Notes: generated from the letters alone by a model not told the origin. 64,000 nt of DNA from Eledone cirrhosa (GCA_964016885.1 CAXHJY010001587.1:1-64000); one strand, 5' to 3'. Shown: positions 27,406 through 43,698, counted from the stretch's first letter. Made by a program: numbers and translations.

Positions 27406-27710
27406 GTAAGATTCTTGCGCAATTTAAATATTTCGTGTTCAAATTACCGAATCATCTCCATGAAGAGGGTTTAATAGAAACCTTGCAGCTCATTCGACTG
27501 AAAAGTAACGAGTTTTCCTGTTTGTAATCTAAAATATTATTTCCTTGGGGCACAACTTCTGTTTTAATACAATTGGTTAACTTCCGGATGTCCATGTACA
27601 TACGTACGGTTTACTGTGTGTTGGTGGTGAGCCGCCATGTTGTATCTGTGGATAAATGTATGGATGTGAGAATGCATGCATTTCTACACATTGGATACAC
27701 ATATTCATAT

Positions 27711-27754
<44 letters not shown>

Positions 27755-27763
27755 TATATATGA

Positions 27764-27844
<81 letters not shown>

Positions 27845-28030
27845 ATGTGTGTGTGTGTGTGTTAAACAGACAATGCATTCATTTATATACACATGCAGAC
27901 CCACACACACATACGTGTGTATATATATATATATATATGCATACATGTGTTTATGCAAACATTCATACATACATGTATGCATATATAAAAGCAATTATAT
28001 TTATATATATATATACAAGAGTCCATATAT

Positions 28031-28087
<57 letters not shown>

Positions 28088-28593
28088 TTTACGCTCCAGT
28101 GCTTCGAATCTGTGTGGATATTCGAGATAGTTCGTAAGTAAAAATGTGTGGGTGTTTAATTAAATGCATTTGTATTAGTATAGAAGTGTATATGTGTGTA
28201 TGTGGATACATGTGTGTATGTGTGTGCGTTAATATGTGGATATGTGTGTATGTGTGTGTGTAGATGTGTGAATGTGTGTGTAGATGTGTGAATGTGTATG
28301 TGTAGATGTGTGAATGTGTGTGTGTGTAGATGTGTGAATGTGTGTGTGTAGATGCATTAATGTGTGTGTAGATGTATAAATGTATTAATGTGTGTGTAGA
28401 TGTATAGATGTATTAATGTTTGTGTGTGTAAATGTATTAATGTGTGTGTAGATGTGTAGATGTATTAATGTGTGTGTAGATGTATTAATGTGTATGTGTG
28501 TAGATGTGTGAATGTGTGTGTGTAGGTGTGTGTGTAGATGTGTGAATGTGTGTGTGTAGATGTGTGAATGTGTGTGTGTGTGTAGATGTGTGA

Positions 28594-28626
<33 letters not shown>

Positions 28627-29188
28627 TAGATGTGTGAATGTGTGTGTGTGTGTGTGTCTAGATGTGTGAATGCGTGTGTGTGTGTAGATGTGTGAATGTG
28701 TGTGTTATGGTGAACTCCGCTGACGGCAGAGGATTGTTAAGGAGTCAGTATGAATTCTAAATATGAAAGATGACAACTTTTGATAACCATCTTCCCGCCA
28801 TAACAACCACCAGACAACTATATAATATGTCTGCTGTTTATGTCACTGTTTCTATATGTTTATATATGTGTGTGTGTGTGTGTGTGTATGAGTGTGTGTG
28901 TGTGTGTGTGTAAGTGTGTAGGTGTAAGTGTGTATGTGATGTAAGAATGAAGGTGTGTGTGTGTGTGTGTGTGTGTGTTAAAGATGTGTAGGAAGAAAAA
29001 ATCTGGTGAAGAATTCCGGAAATGCTGTAGGCGAATGGTGGTGGTGGTGGTGGCGGTGGCGGTGGTGGTGTTGTTGGTGGTGGCGGTGGTGGTGGTGTTG
29101 TTGGTGGTGGTGGTGGTGATGGTGGAATTGAAATGAGTTGGTGAGACTCGAACCAAGATGTTTCTAGTTTATTGTTTGTACGTTAGAG

Positions 29189-29222
<34 letters not shown>

Positions 29223-29309
29223 CCTTCCTGCTTACCTTTTGGGTACATCTGTTAGAAATATCCCTTCATACACAACCACCACCACATGAGTGAGAGGGAG
29301 AGGGAGGGG

Positions 29310-30095
29310 TGAGTGAGAGGGAGAGAGATGTGAGTAAGAGTGAGAGACATTTGAGTGATAGTGAGAGAGATATGAGTGAGAGGGAGAGAGATGTGAGTGA
29401 GAGTGAGAGAGATGTGAGTGAGAGTGAGAGACATTTGAGTGAGAGTGAGAGAGATGTGAGTGAGAGAGAGAGAGAGAGAGATGTGAGTGAGAGTGAGAGA
29501 GATGTGAGTGAGAGTGGGAGAGGTGTCAGTGAGAGTGAGAGAGGTGTGAGTGAGAGTGAGAGAGATGTGAGTGAGAGTGAGAGAGATGTGAGTGAGAGTG
29601 AGAGAGAAGTGAGTGAGAGTGAGAGAGAAGTGAGTGAGAGTGAGAGAGAAGTGAGTGAGAGTGAGAGAGATGTGAGTGAGAGTGAGAGAGATGTGAGTGA
29701 GAGTGGGAGAGGTGTCAGTGAGAGTGAGAGAGATGTGAGTGAGAGTGAGAGAAAAGTGAGGGAGAGTGAGAGAGATGTGAGTGAGAGTGAGAGAGAAGTG
29801 AGTGAGAGTGATAGAGAAGTGAGTGAGAGTGAGAGAGAAGTGAGTGAGAGTGGGAGAGATGTGAGTGAGAGTGAGAGAGAAGTGAGTGAGAGTGAGAGAG
29901 AAGTGAGTGAGTGAGAGAGAAGTGAGTGAGAGTGAGTGAGAGTGAGAGAGAAGTGAGTGAGAGTGAGAGTGAGAGAGATGTGAGTGAGAGTGAGTGAGAG
30001 AGAAGTGAGTGAGAGTGAGAGAGAAGTGAGTGAGAGTGAGAGAGAAGTGAGTGAGAGTGAGAGAGAAGTGAGTGAGAGTGAGAGAGATGTGAGTG
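29310..30095. repeat. ~21-bp GA/GT minisatellite
   Basis: Unit gtgagtgagagtgagagagat/a. Confidence 0.95.
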
Positions 30096-30200
30096 GAAAA
30101 CAAAGTCGATTTCTATTGTAAATTACAGATTATTGATATTTAATATTTTTTCACCAATCCTGTAAACTACAAAAACATAATTATTGTATGTGTATGTGTA

Positions 30201-30244
<44 letters not shown>

Positions 30245-30705
30245 TGTGTGTATGTATCTGTGTGTGTGTGTATGTGTGTGTATCTGTGAGTGTGTGTGTA
30301 TGAACAGAATGTTAGTATTTGTGGGTGAAACTTTTCTCATTAAGTCCCCACCTTATTCTCGGTAAAATATATTTTTTTCTATTCCTTCAATTTCTTCAAA
30401 ATGTTTCATTAAAACAATCAGATACATATACGTGTATATATGTGTGTGTGTGTGGGGGGGGGGTATAGATAAATAGATAGAAATGTATGTGCATTTCCTT
30501 GTCCAAATTTTACTCTTACAAATAAAAATATTTATACATACTTTTGTATTTATGTGTGTGTTTGTTTGTGTATATAATATATAACTTTAAATTTGTGTAT
30601 ATAATATACAACTTTAAATTTGTGTATATAATATATAACTTTGAATTTGTGTATATAATATATAACTTTGAATTTGTTCCCATCTGGTTATTGGAACAAT
30701 CTTTA

Positions 30706-30743
<38 letters not shown>

Positions 30744-30910
30744 AGATGTATTCGATATGTCTCATATGAAATAATACAGCCAATTTTTCCACACAATACA
30801 TTTAGTTAGCACCCCGAACGTTTAATTAGGATTATACTCACTTATTTCCTAATGTTTGTTGAGTGGGTTGGAATTTGGCCGGAGTATCGCTAAAAGCTTT
30901 CTCGGATGAT

Positions 30911-30954
<44 letters not shown>

Positions 30955-30960
<6 letters not shown>

Positions 30961-31305
30961 GTGAGGTTTTTTTTACAAAATGAAAAATAACCGAGGTGTC
31001 CTACACGAGTGAAAGTATAAAGAAAAAGAGATGAAATCGAAAATGCAACTGAAGTCTTATTTTTTTTAAAATATATATATATTTATTTGGTTCCTTTACT
31101 TGTTTCGCAGTTCTTCTGCTTTTCAAAAGGTGAGTTGAGATGGAGGGTCTGTGGTTTTTCTCACAGACCACAGACCCTCCATCTCAACTCACCTTTTGAA
31201 AAGCAGAAGAACTGCGAAACCGGTAAAGGAACCAAATAAATATATATATATTTTTTTTTAAATAAGACTTCAGTTGCATTTTCGATTTCATCTCTTTTTC
31301 TTTAT
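30955..31305. mobile_element. Family D head-to-head fold-back
   Basis: Inverted arms around ~31165, with (TA)n on both sides. Confidence 0.85.
31192..31229 (+). ncRNA. Minimal hammerhead, family D (best copy)
   Basis: cctt-TTGAAAA-gcag-aagaa-ctgc-GAAA-ccgg-TA-aagg. The mirror copy at 31093-31130 has a mutated stem III. Confidence 0.75.
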
Positions 31306-31348
31306 ATATATATATATAGTTTTGCGACAACAATATGACCCTCCCCAA

Positions 31349-31430
<82 letters not shown>

Positions 31431-32255
31431 AAAAGGCTTGGATGTGTTCATGAATGTGTGTGTATATCCCACGTTCGATCTCACAACATGTTATCAAGGG
31501 CAAGTGGCATTTACTATAGCCTCGAGACATCTCATGCATTTTTAGAGAAATTGGGTAGACAGAAGTTGTTTGTAAGCCCATCGGATGGACTGTCTGTAAT
31601 TCAAAGGACCAGACTTTTCTCACACTGTATCGAAAAGAAATTTTCTGAACGTGTGCGACAAGGCTGACCATTTGAATTACTGGTACAACATTTTGCCAAT
31701 TAAAGTATATTACTGATAGTGAACAGAACGGTCTAACCACTAAGCCTGTCGTCTTTACAATGGACACTTCGTTCATTCCAGATGACTGACCATAGAGGAT
31801 AATCTACAAGTGTAAAAATACAAAACCCACGCTGGTGCGGTTAGCCAGTTCAATTTACTCTCAATATGGACGTTCACTGAAATCCACTACACCACACCAC
31901 ACCACACCACACCACACCACACCACACCACACCACGCCACACCACACCAACAGGCCATCATCACTGTATAAAGTAATACAGAATATAGGCAATTATGAGA
32001 AACGATACAAACGTTAATCTAGCGTAATTACAATAGAAAATCCATTTCTGTTGATATTAAGTATTAATAATATTTATATATACAGAGCATTCTAGCATTG
32101 ATAAATTCTTCAAGGTAATTTGAAAAACAAAAGTAGAATATAAAAAGAAAATACCATTTACTTCAACTACTTTATTAATTTCTTAATAATAAGCATTAAT
32201 TCTATCTAATACCACGTCCCACCCAACTCTCCTCCTACATATCACTTTTGTTTAG

Positions 32256-32314
<59 letters not shown>

Positions 32315-32387
32315 GTGTATGTATAAATATATATGTATATATATATATATATATATATCATATATATATATATATATATATACATAT

Positions 32388-32452
<65 letters not shown>

Positions 32453-32532
32453 TATATATATATATATCATATATATATATATATATATATATCATATATA
32501 TATATATATCATATATATATATATATATATAT

Positions 32533-32641
<109 letters not shown>

Positions 32642-32711
32642 ATATATCTAAAAATATATATATATATATTTATATATATATGATATATGTATATATATAT
32701 ATATATGATAT

Positions 32712-32783
<72 letters not shown>

Positions 32784-33335
32784 GTATAGTTTTAATATTT
32801 TTTATATATTTATTTATAATATTTATTCATTCCACGTCTACCTTGGAAGCTATCATCCCAGTTCCTTCACCAATAATTTTTACATCACATCACATCACAT
32901 CACATGACCACACCGCCACACCACACCACATCATATCACACCACACCACACCACACCACACCACACCACATCATACCACACTACACCACACCACATCCCA
33001 TCACCAGACCACACCTTACCACACCACACTACTACTACTAACAACACCACTACCAGCACCATCACTACCAACATCACCACTACCAAAGCACAACCACTAC
33101 ACTACACCCACCACTGAACTCTCCTTACATTACTAAGCTTCTATTTTCTTACCTCATTATCATTATTTTCTATTTATTTTAATTAAATAGAAAACATCAT
33201 AGAGGCTGAATTCAAATTAGCGTGAAATGAAGACATTATAGTGAAGCATCGGTGTCCGTTTAAGCACAAATCACTCAGTGTGAACACTTCACATTTCTCG
33301 CTTTCCTTTCTTTTTCATTTCTTTCTCCTTTCTTC

Positions 33336-33412
<77 letters not shown>

Positions 33413-33439
33413 CACACACATTTATATAATCTCTCTCTC

Positions 33440-33470
<31 letters not shown>

Positions 33471-33516
33471 TTGTATATATATATATATACACACACATTT
33501 ATATAATCTCTCTCTC

Positions 33517-33579
<63 letters not shown>

Positions 33580-33684
33580 TATATATATATACCCTCACAC
33601 TTTCACATGAAATTCTCTCATATGTCTATCTCTCTCGCCCCCTTCTTGCTGTTTCATATTGCTGTGTTACACACATACCAAGAG

Positions 33685-33721
<37 letters not shown>

Positions 33722-33838
33722 ATATATATGTATATATATATATATATATATATACACGTGTGTGTATATGCATGTGTATATATATATATATACATACATC
33801 TATAACTTTGACTCATATATTGTTTGTCCTCACGGGTT

Positions 33839-33916
<78 letters not shown>

Positions 33917-33932
33917 GTTCAATACTATTGTC

Positions 33933-34033
33933 TTTAGTGAGGCCAATATAGAGACTTGTTACTCTGGGATTTCCCCCCTGAGGAGAAAGGAGAAACTCCA
34001 GAGTCACAAGACTCAAATTTGGCTTTGATAAAG
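33933..34033. mobile_element. Family H fold-back of two diverged half-hammerheads
   Basis: gagacttgttactctgg ... GAAActccagagTCacaagactc. Confidence 0.6.
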
Positions 34034-34061
34034 AATAACATATATACATATATATATATAA

Positions 34062-34115
<54 letters not shown>

Positions 34116-34236
34116 CTTTATCACTTCCAGATTCTCTTCTACTACTTTTATTCTCTATATCTCATGTGTGCGCGATATATATATCTATATATATATCTAT
34201 ATATATTCTCTGTCTCTCTCTCATATGTATATATAT

Positions 34237-34313
<77 letters not shown>

Positions 34314-34789
34314 TCTCCCTCACTTTAGTCAATCCCGCGTAATAATTAAAATAAAACACTTTTTATTCATATGTAATATTATTTTTTTTTTTTTCTCTTT
34401 TCAGCTTTAGTATTATCGATGTTGTTATTATTATTATCATCATTGTTCTTGAATATATTTTTTCCTTTCTACGATTCACATGAATGACGTGATCTTCAAC
34501 CATCAACTAATGTTTGCCGCTATTTTTTCGCGCCTAAACGCCTTCTTCCGCCATCTTACTTTTTTTAATTTTTCTTCTCAATATTTTCATCTTGTTTTCT
34601 TTTTGTTTTTTTCTAAACATCTTTTCAATTTTTCTACACTTTCTTTAATAACCATTGACATTTTATTTTGAGCAACACATTTTTATATTCTAATTCCTAA
34701 TTTATTCTTTATATAGGTTTATTTCCTGTCGCTGCACTTGATGATGCCGTGTTTACGCTGAAAAGAAGAGGGAGTTAAACAAAGGCCTT

Positions 34790-35052
34790 GATGTTAAAGT
34801 TATGTGATCCTAACAAACAACAGGAGATAGTGTTGTGGTAGAGGTATAGTGAAGTCTTTATGTTAAAGTTATGTGATCCTAACACACAACAGGAGATAGT
34901 GTTGTGGTAGAGGTATAGTGAAGTCTTTATGTTAAAGTTATGTGATCCTAACACACAACAGTAGATAGTGTTGTGGTAGAGGTATAGTGAAGGTCTTTAT
35001 GTTAAAGTTATGTGATCCTAACACACAACAGGAGATAGTGTTGTGGTAGAGG
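34790..35052. repeat. ~70-bp tandem repeat, ~4 copies
   Basis: Unit atgttaaagttatgtgatcctaacacacaacaggagatagtgttgtggtagagg... Confidence 0.9.
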
Positions 35053-35694
35053 TGTGTGTAGTAGTGGTGTGTGTAGGTGGTGGTCCTTGTCGTTCTGGGA
35101 TGGGAAATGATAGAGGTGGTAGTAGAAGTGGTGGTGGTGTAAAAGAGGTTTTCGTTGATCTAGTGGATGTGGTGGTTGTAGTTGATATAGTGGTGGTAGT
35201 GGTGGTGGTGGTGGTGGTTGATGTGGTTGTAGTTGATATAGTGGTGGTAGTGGTGGTGGTGGTGGTGGTTGATGTGGTGGTGGTTGATGTAGTGGTGGTA
35301 TTGGATGTAGTGGTGGTGGTAGTGGATGTAGTGGTGGTGGTGGTGGTGGTGGTGGTGGTTGATGTAGCGGTGGTAGTTTTTCAGGATGATAGGTACACTG
35401 CCACTGTTGACGATGATGTGGTCATAGCTGTTGTAGTGATGGTGATAGTTGTAGTGGTAGACATTTGGTATATGGGGTAATATATACGATTATGGTAATA
35501 GTAGTGTACGTGGTTGTTGGCGGTGGTGGAGGTGGAAGTGGTGCTGGGAGGGGAGTAGAATGGCTGTCGTCTGCTTTGTCTTTCAAGTGGTTGACTTCAC
35601 TGCAAACTGTTCATTTGCAATTCTTCATCGCATTACTTCTGCAAAGTAATTCCCCATACACACACACACACAAAGGTATATATGTATTTATATG

Positions 35695-35728
<34 letters not shown>

Positions 35729-36006
35729 CATATATACCTATATATGTATATACATATACATATATATGTATATACATATACATATATATATACATATAAA
35801 TATATATGTATATACAAATATATATGTATATATATACATATATACATATATACATATATATGTATATATATATATATATATATACTTCTATATGTATATA
35901 CTTCTATATGTATATAGCATATGTATACGTCCATCTACAAATATATGTACACAAACATACACACATCTATATACATGATATATATTTGCATACATATACA
36001 CAAACA

Positions 36007-36063
<57 letters not shown>

Positions 36064-36085
36064 TATGCATGTATATATCTATATG

Positions 36086-36138
<53 letters not shown>

Positions 36139-36342
36139 GAAAGACGTAAATTCCAAAACGACAAACCCACAAGTAAAAGAAAGTACACAAAAATACCAAA
36201 CAAGATAGAACAATAATTAGTTAGTAAATTAAAATTAGACCAAAATTAATTAGAAGATTATTAATATATAGGTCTAATTGAGACTTGAAAAGTTTTGAAG
36301 TATTTACAAAGTGATCAGATTGCAAGCATTTGTTTATTGGTG

Positions 36343-36446
<104 letters not shown>

Positions 36447-36794
36447 TGTGTATATACATATGTATATATACATATATATATATATGCATATATATATTTA
36501 CAAACATATATATATATATAGATATATACATGCATATATGTGTGTGTGTATGTATATATATATATTCTTTATGTATTTAATAAATATTATTTTTATGTGT
36601 TTGTCAGTTTTACCATCGATTAAAATTCGCCTTTTTCTATTTAGAATTTTAACCCTATCAGATAATTATATCTTGTGAGGGAGAGGTGAAGATATACATA
36701 CATATAGACATTGTATGCACACACAGATATATACATATACTCACACACACATTATATATATATATATATATATGTATGTATATATATGTATATA

Positions 36795-36897
<103 letters not shown>

Positions 36898-37774
36898 GTA
36901 TATATATATGTGTGTATATATATGTGTGTGTGTGTGGGTGAATGTATATATAGCGAGAGAGGGAAAGAGAGAGAAAGAGATAGAGAGTGAGAGAGAGAGA
37001 GAGAAAGAAAGAAGGATGAAAAAAATTAATTAGATACAATTTTTCTTGCGTTGTTTTTCTTAGTTTTGTTTTATTTTGTTTTAAGTTAATATGTAAAACG
37101 AAAACAGAAAACTTATTGAAGGTTAAAAAGAGGAAACAATTGTGTGTGTGTGTGTGGGGGGGGGGGGGGGGTCTTAAAGGAAAAACACAATTTGTTGTTT
37201 TTGTTGCTGCTATTCTTGTTGTTGTTGATACTGCTGTTGTTGTTTTTGTTGCTGCTATTGTTGTTATTGTTGATACTGCTGTCGTTTTTTAATTCAATTT
37301 TCTTGATAAATTTTATGCACATAAAAATGATATTATGCAAGAGATCACATAATTTTATTTATTTTTGTTTATTGTTGTTTGTTTATGGATGTTGTTGTTG
37401 TTGTTGCTTGTTGTGTTTTCTTCGGAATTTTTTGTTTATTTATTTATTGATTTAGTTAGCTTTTTTTGTGTCTTTTTTGTTGTTGGTTTGTTTTTAGTTA
37501 GTTTTTTTTGTTTCTACTCTTTACTTAAAAGTTAACCACAGTTTTACTAATTTCTCAGAAGAAATTTCCACTGGAGTTCAATGAAATGAAAACATCGAGG
37601 AAATAAAATTATCTGAAACAAAGTTTTAGGTTATCGCTTTTAAAATATTCAATATAAGAGATAAATTTCTAGTGAACTTGTATGAAATGAAGTTAAGTTA
37701 GTGTTAACACATTTTATGCTTGGGGCTTTAAAAGGCTAGCTGGGAAAATGTATAATGTGAGAGGGAGAAGTTTG

Positions 37775-37822
<48 letters not shown>

Positions 37823-38054
37823 CAGACAGACAGACAGATAGATAATAGACCCGTAAATAGATAAGAAGATCGACTGATTAATTGAATGGGTGATTGTATA
37901 TACAGAAGATAGGTAAGTTTCTATTAATATTAGATATGGCATGGAAAAGCTAAGTAATAATAAATATATGGTGACACAGATAAATACGAATGGACCTCCG
38001 TCAATTTCGACGATGAGTGTTTCAGTTGTTCGAACAACGGAGCAGCCATGTCTT

Positions 38055-38850
38055 AGCATTACATGGATGGACTACCAGAGGGATTTTGACAGGGTCCCCC
38101 ACACGTGGATCCTAGATAATCTAGCCATGAATAACATCGTAACATCAGTAAAAAAAAAGAAACCAAACCTTCAGCCATGTGGTAAGTGGGAAATAGTTCT
38201 GCAGAGACAGAAGGAGTTATAAAAGCTGAACCCAACCCAATTAACATAGAATTATTACCAGGGGACCTTCACTCCTCTTCTACTTAGCATTGACCCCATC
38301 AACTGACCCCATCAACTGAGATGCTAAATATGATTTGGATACAAATGATTCAAGAAAATCAATCAGTTCATGTATATGGACGATCTCAAGCTATACGCTG
38401 CCGATGTTAGACAACTAGAAACATTACTGCATACAGTACACGGATTTTAACATATATATATTTGTGAAATTTTGATTACAAAATGCACCAAGGCAACACT
38501 AAATAAATGAAAACTAGTTAAAAATACTAAAATTATGCAAGATAAATAAATTAAGACATGAGAATTAAATCAACCACAAAATACAAATACTGAGACATCA
38601 ATGAATTAGACATCAATACTTAGACATCAATGAATTAGACATCAATACTTAGACATCAATGAATTAGACAGGGTTCAACACAAACAAATCATATGAACAC
38701 AGATTACTTCTTAAAAGGTATCTATATTCTAGCGTTCCTAGTTATAAGATACAGTTTTAATGTTCTTTACTGGTCTTGAAACAAACTAGCATGACTAGTT
38801 AGAGACACGAGAAAAATAATGACTGCATTTAGAATACATCACTGAAACAT
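38055..38850 (+). pseudogene. Degraded non-LTR RT fragment (R4/Dong-like)
   Basis: WMDYQRDFDRVPHTWI, a YQG motif and MYMDDLKLYA in broken frames. Confidence 0.7.
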
Positions 38851-38859
38851 CAAAAAGTC

Positions 38860-39114
38860 AGCTCAAAAGTGACACAGAGGAGACTGAGGTTAGCTGGACA
38901 TGCTCACCGACATCCAGAGTTGACATTGCACTCAGTGCTCCTGTGGGAGCCCCTACATGGACACACTGGAAGAGGAAGACCAAGGTTAACGTATGCTGAT
39001 GACCTAAGGACAGACACTGGTCTGTTGGAGACGCAGGACATGGCAGCGATAATGAGGGACAGAGACCGCTGGAGAGAACTCGTCCATGGATCTCAGGAAT
39101 TTTACCCGCCCTAG
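38860..39114 (+). mobile_element. RTE-type LINE 3' end
   Basis: QRRLRLAGHAHRH..LLWEPLHG..GRGRPRLTY..DRDRWR. Confidence 0.85.
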
Positions 39115-39209
39115 AAAAAAAAAATATATATATATATATATATCCAGGGAGTGTAACGCAAAGTTACTGTAGGTCACCCAGGTGAGCACTCAATACTTAG
39201 GGAGTGGTC

Positions 39210-39533
39210 ACTTTAAACGTGTCTTGGAGGGAACACCCAACAAATAAGGATCTCTATGGCAATATACCACCTATCAGCAGGTCAATACGTGGACAGAGAC
39301 TCAGATTTGCTGGCAACTGTTGGCGCAGCAAGGAAGAAATAGCAGGTGATGTGTTGTTATGGAGTCCATCTCATGGAGCAAGAAACGCTGGTCGTCCCAA
39401 GAAGACATACGCCAAGCAACTTGAGGACGATACTGGATGCACTGCGGAAGAACTGGCAAACGCTATGAGAGACAGAGATGGATGGAGGAAACGTGTCGTA
39501 GAAAGCCGAGCAAGCTCGACCTGATTATGATGA
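39210..39533 (+). mobile_element. Second RTE-type LINE 3' end with (TGA)-like tail
   Basis: LNVSWREHPTNKDLYG..QRLRFAGNCWRS..LLWSPSHG..GRPKKTY..MRDRDGWR. Confidence 0.88.
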
Positions 39534-39751
39534 ATAGGAAAAGAATCAGTTCGGATCTACCTGTCGAAACGGCCGGAGCTCAGCCGTCGAGGTCCTGATT
39601 CTTTTCATATATATATATATATATGTGTATATATATATATATGTTTGGGGATTTTAGACCATTTCTCCAGAACTGTATATTTCTTCTTTCTCCCACTCCC
39701 ACTCCGCTAGAATCTTCATTCTTTTTACTGTTTATCAACGTCGGACATTAG

Positions 39752-39862
39752 TCTTTATTGTTCGGGGATTATTCTGAGATGGATCTGGATTCCAATGCCA
39801 AATATTATGATGTTTCTTTTGAAAAATTGAGACCTTATTTCAAAACAGACGAACTTTTACAT
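39752..39862 (+). CDS. Candidate host exon (SLLFGDYSEMDLDSNAKYYDVSFEKLRPYFKTDELLH)
   Basis: Non-repetitive open frame ending at a CAT|gtacgt donor, with upstream AG acceptors at 39710 and 39751 and a gagATGG start context. Product unknown. Confidence 0.35.
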
Positions 39863-39953
39863 GTACGTGTGTGTGTGTGCGCGCGTGTGTGTGTGTGTGT
39901 GTGCGTGTGTGTGTGTGTGTGCGCGTATGTGTGTGTATATGTCTGTGTGCATG

Positions 39954-40012
<59 letters not shown>

Positions 40013-40618
40013 GTGTGTGCATGCGTCTGTGCATGTGTGTGTGTGTATGTGTGCATGTCTGTGCGTATGTGTGTGTGTGTGTGTGCATGTGTATGTATGT
40101 GTATGTGTGCATGTGTGCGTATATGTGTGCATGTGTGTGTGTGTGTGTATCCTGTGCCTGTCTGTGTGTGTGTGTCTTAAAATAACTTTGGGCTTACACG
40201 TTCAATATCTTAATGAAATAGAAAACTGAGAGTGGTGACGTTCATGCATTTCTATAAAGTAAAATGAAATAAAATGAAGTGAACAGCATTGTTCCAAGGA
40301 TAAAGATCATGTTTCCTACATGTGAGAAAACTAGTCAATGTACTAAAGTGTTTAACATGAGCTATTTAGTAATAATATATTTTTTTAATAAAAAACAAAA
40401 AACTAGTGCACTTTTTATTTACCTTTTGATATATTAAAAAGTCTTTTGTTGTGGTATTAAGATAGCACATGCTATAAATTTGTATACTACAGTCTTATCT
40501 GCACACGTCATCTTATATTCGGCAGATTTCAATTTGATAAAACCATACTTTGTGACGGTAAAATGGAAATTTGCAGAGCTAAATAGGGAGTTTTTTCTTT
40601 TATACATGTACATATATA

Positions 40619-40715
<97 letters not shown>

Positions 40716-40930
40716 TCGTGTGTATGTGAGGAATATGTATGTATATTCTGTGGGTTATGTATATGCAGTGGTGGCCTAAAGATAAGTGTGTGTGTGGGTG
40801 TATGTGTGTGTGTGGAGAGAGAGAGAGAGTGAGATGTTCATATTTTCATGTGTTTTGTACTTATATATAACTACAAAACGCACACACAAACATATATATA
40901 TGTATATATGTGTGTGCGTGTGTGTATGTA

Positions 40931-40985
<55 letters not shown>

Positions 40986-41803
40986 GCGCATGCGTCTGTG
41001 TGCGTACGCTATGAGGAAATGGCAATTTGTAAAATAGGGATTTATTTTATATGTATACTTGTATATATATGCAGATATAGGAAGTATGTGTGTGTGCGTG
41101 TGTGTATGTGTCTATGTGTGTATGTGTATGTGTCTATGTGTGTGTGAGTGTGTATGTATGTGTGTAGTTATGAGTGCAACTGTTTATGTATTGTGTTTTT
41201 CTTTAAGACATCAATTATCTGAGGTGCTATCATCAAATAAAGTTACATAAAGTTAGTAATGTCTTGTTGTAGGCGTAAATGTGTATAAGACAGGTTTGAA
41301 TGTTGTTTGGGTGTGGTTTGGCTGGTGGTGCTGATGTAGCAGTGTATGTGCGGGGAAGGGGTGATTGTGTGCATATGTGTGTGTGTGATAGGGTTCTTTT
41401 GCATGTATGTGTGAGTGTATGACACATACGGCTGTGTGATTGAGACAGAACATTGTGTATGTGCTGGGTATGTGTGTAAAACATGGTACTGGCTGTGTGT
41501 GTCAACTAATTCCCTATGTGTGTGTCTATATGTGTGTGTGTGTGTGTGTCAACTAATTCCCTATGTGTGTGTGACATAAGATTGCCTGACTTTAAGAGGC
41601 GGGGGGGGGGGTCTGAATTTACAAATATGTGTATGTGTAGTGTTCTATATGTATGGGCATGCATGTCTGAAGTGTGTGTGTGTGTGTTACAAGATATAAG
41701 CCTAGCAGTTCGATTCTCGAAACAAGTGGCGTATTGTGTTGTTGAGCAAGTTACTTCATCACATGTGACTCCTGTCCACTCAGCAATTAACAGAGACAGA
41801 TAT

Positions 41804-41846
<43 letters not shown>

Positions 41847-42361
41847 TTGGGAACACAGAAACAACAATGGTCAAATAGAATGCATTCAATACATATCGCG
41901 TGAGTGTTCTATATTTTATATAATAGAAATTTACACAATAATCCCGCTGTTTCGTTAATCTTCTTCGAGTTTATATATATATGTGTGTGTAAATATGTGT
42001 AGGTGTGTGTATATATGTGTGTGTGTGTGTGTATACATATGTGTAGGTGTGTGGATATGTGTGTGGGTGTGTGTGTGTACATATGTGTAGGTGTGTGGAT
42101 GTGTAGCTGCCTGTACATATGTGTGTGTGTGAATTTATAGGTGTGTGTGTGTACATGTGTGTGAATGTGCAGTTGTCTGTATATATGAGTGTATATGTAT
42201 ATCTGCATGTATGTACATCTATGTATGTGTTTAGCTGCTCTGGATGAATATGTATTGGGTTGTCACGTATGAAATTTGTAGAAATTTGTTGGAAAAAAAT
42301 CAAATTTCTACAAATTTCATACTTGGCGACATAATGATAGATGTGTATATATGCATGTATG

Positions 42362-42418
<57 letters not shown>

Positions 42419-42534
42419 TCTGCCATCCACTATATAACCCACAATCATCCGTACATCGGTATAAGCTTGCAGTGAATTTGATCAACCCTGTAACCAGCCT
42501 AGCAGGCAAGATTAGGACTATTTAACTATACAAA

Positions 42535-42574
<40 letters not shown>

Positions 42575-42947
42575 TACACACACACTCTCACACACACATA
42601 CACACACATACACATACACTCTCACACACACATACACACATACACACACACACATACACACATAGACACACACATACACACAAATACACACACATACACA
42701 CATACAGATACACACACATACACACACACATACACACACATACACACACACACACACACATACACACATACACACATACACACACACACGTGTACACACA
42801 CACACATACACACATATACACACACATACACACATACACAGACACACATAACACTATTTCTATCTAAATCTCACTACTTTACGCACTCACACACTCATAT
42901 ACACACCCTCATAGACTTACGTACACACACCAACATAAACACATACT

Positions 42948-42992
<45 letters not shown>

Positions 42993-43286
42993 ATACATAT
43001 ATATATATATATACAATAAAACATATCCCCTACACCAACAGTCACACACATATACATACACTCACAAACAATATATAGGACACTATAAAATATTTTCTAT
43101 ACACACACACGCACACATATAAATACATATATATGTTTTCGACTAAATCAGATAAATACACACACATACACACAATCATATGCATTTATATATACATATA
43201 TTTATTATAGGATATATATATATATGTTTGTGTGTGTGTGTCTCTGATGGTAACTAAGATGCTTCATATATATATATATATATATA

Positions 43287-43490
43287 ACGAAGGAAATGTG
43301 GTAAGGAACCAGGTGGACCATAACGCACCAAAGTACTCAATACTTAGGGTAGTAGAGTGGGTAATAGGAACGAGTAGTACCCCGACGGCTGAGCTCAAGC
43401 CGTTTCGACGGCTAATTCTGGACAAATTTAGTCCAGAATTAGCCGTCTAAACGGCTTGAGCTCAGCCGTCGGGGTCCTACTCGTTCCTAT
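43287..43490. mobile_element. Family A head-to-head fold-back of half-hammerheads
   Basis: Turn at ctggacaaatttagtccag. Confidence 0.8.
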
Positions 43491-43698
43491 ATATATATAT
43501 ATATATATTGTTATACTTTTGGAGGGTCATGTTGCTAATTTGAAACACACGCACCAGTTGCTTTCACTCCAATTTATTATTGAAAGCAACTGGTGCGTGT
43601 GTTTCTTATTGGCAACATGACCCTCCCAAGGTATAACAATATCGGTTTCAACACACGTTTTCAGATCAAGAATCTTGCTAAACTAATTCAGAAACGAA

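Noticed and set aside
30808-30875. Minus-strand hairpin attagga/tcctaat followed by AAAcgtTC
   Set aside because: Both core segments are mismatched; too degenerate to call.
34730-34785. TTGATGA...GAAA hammerhead-like motif
   Set aside because: No stem III/UH or stem I partner could be formed.
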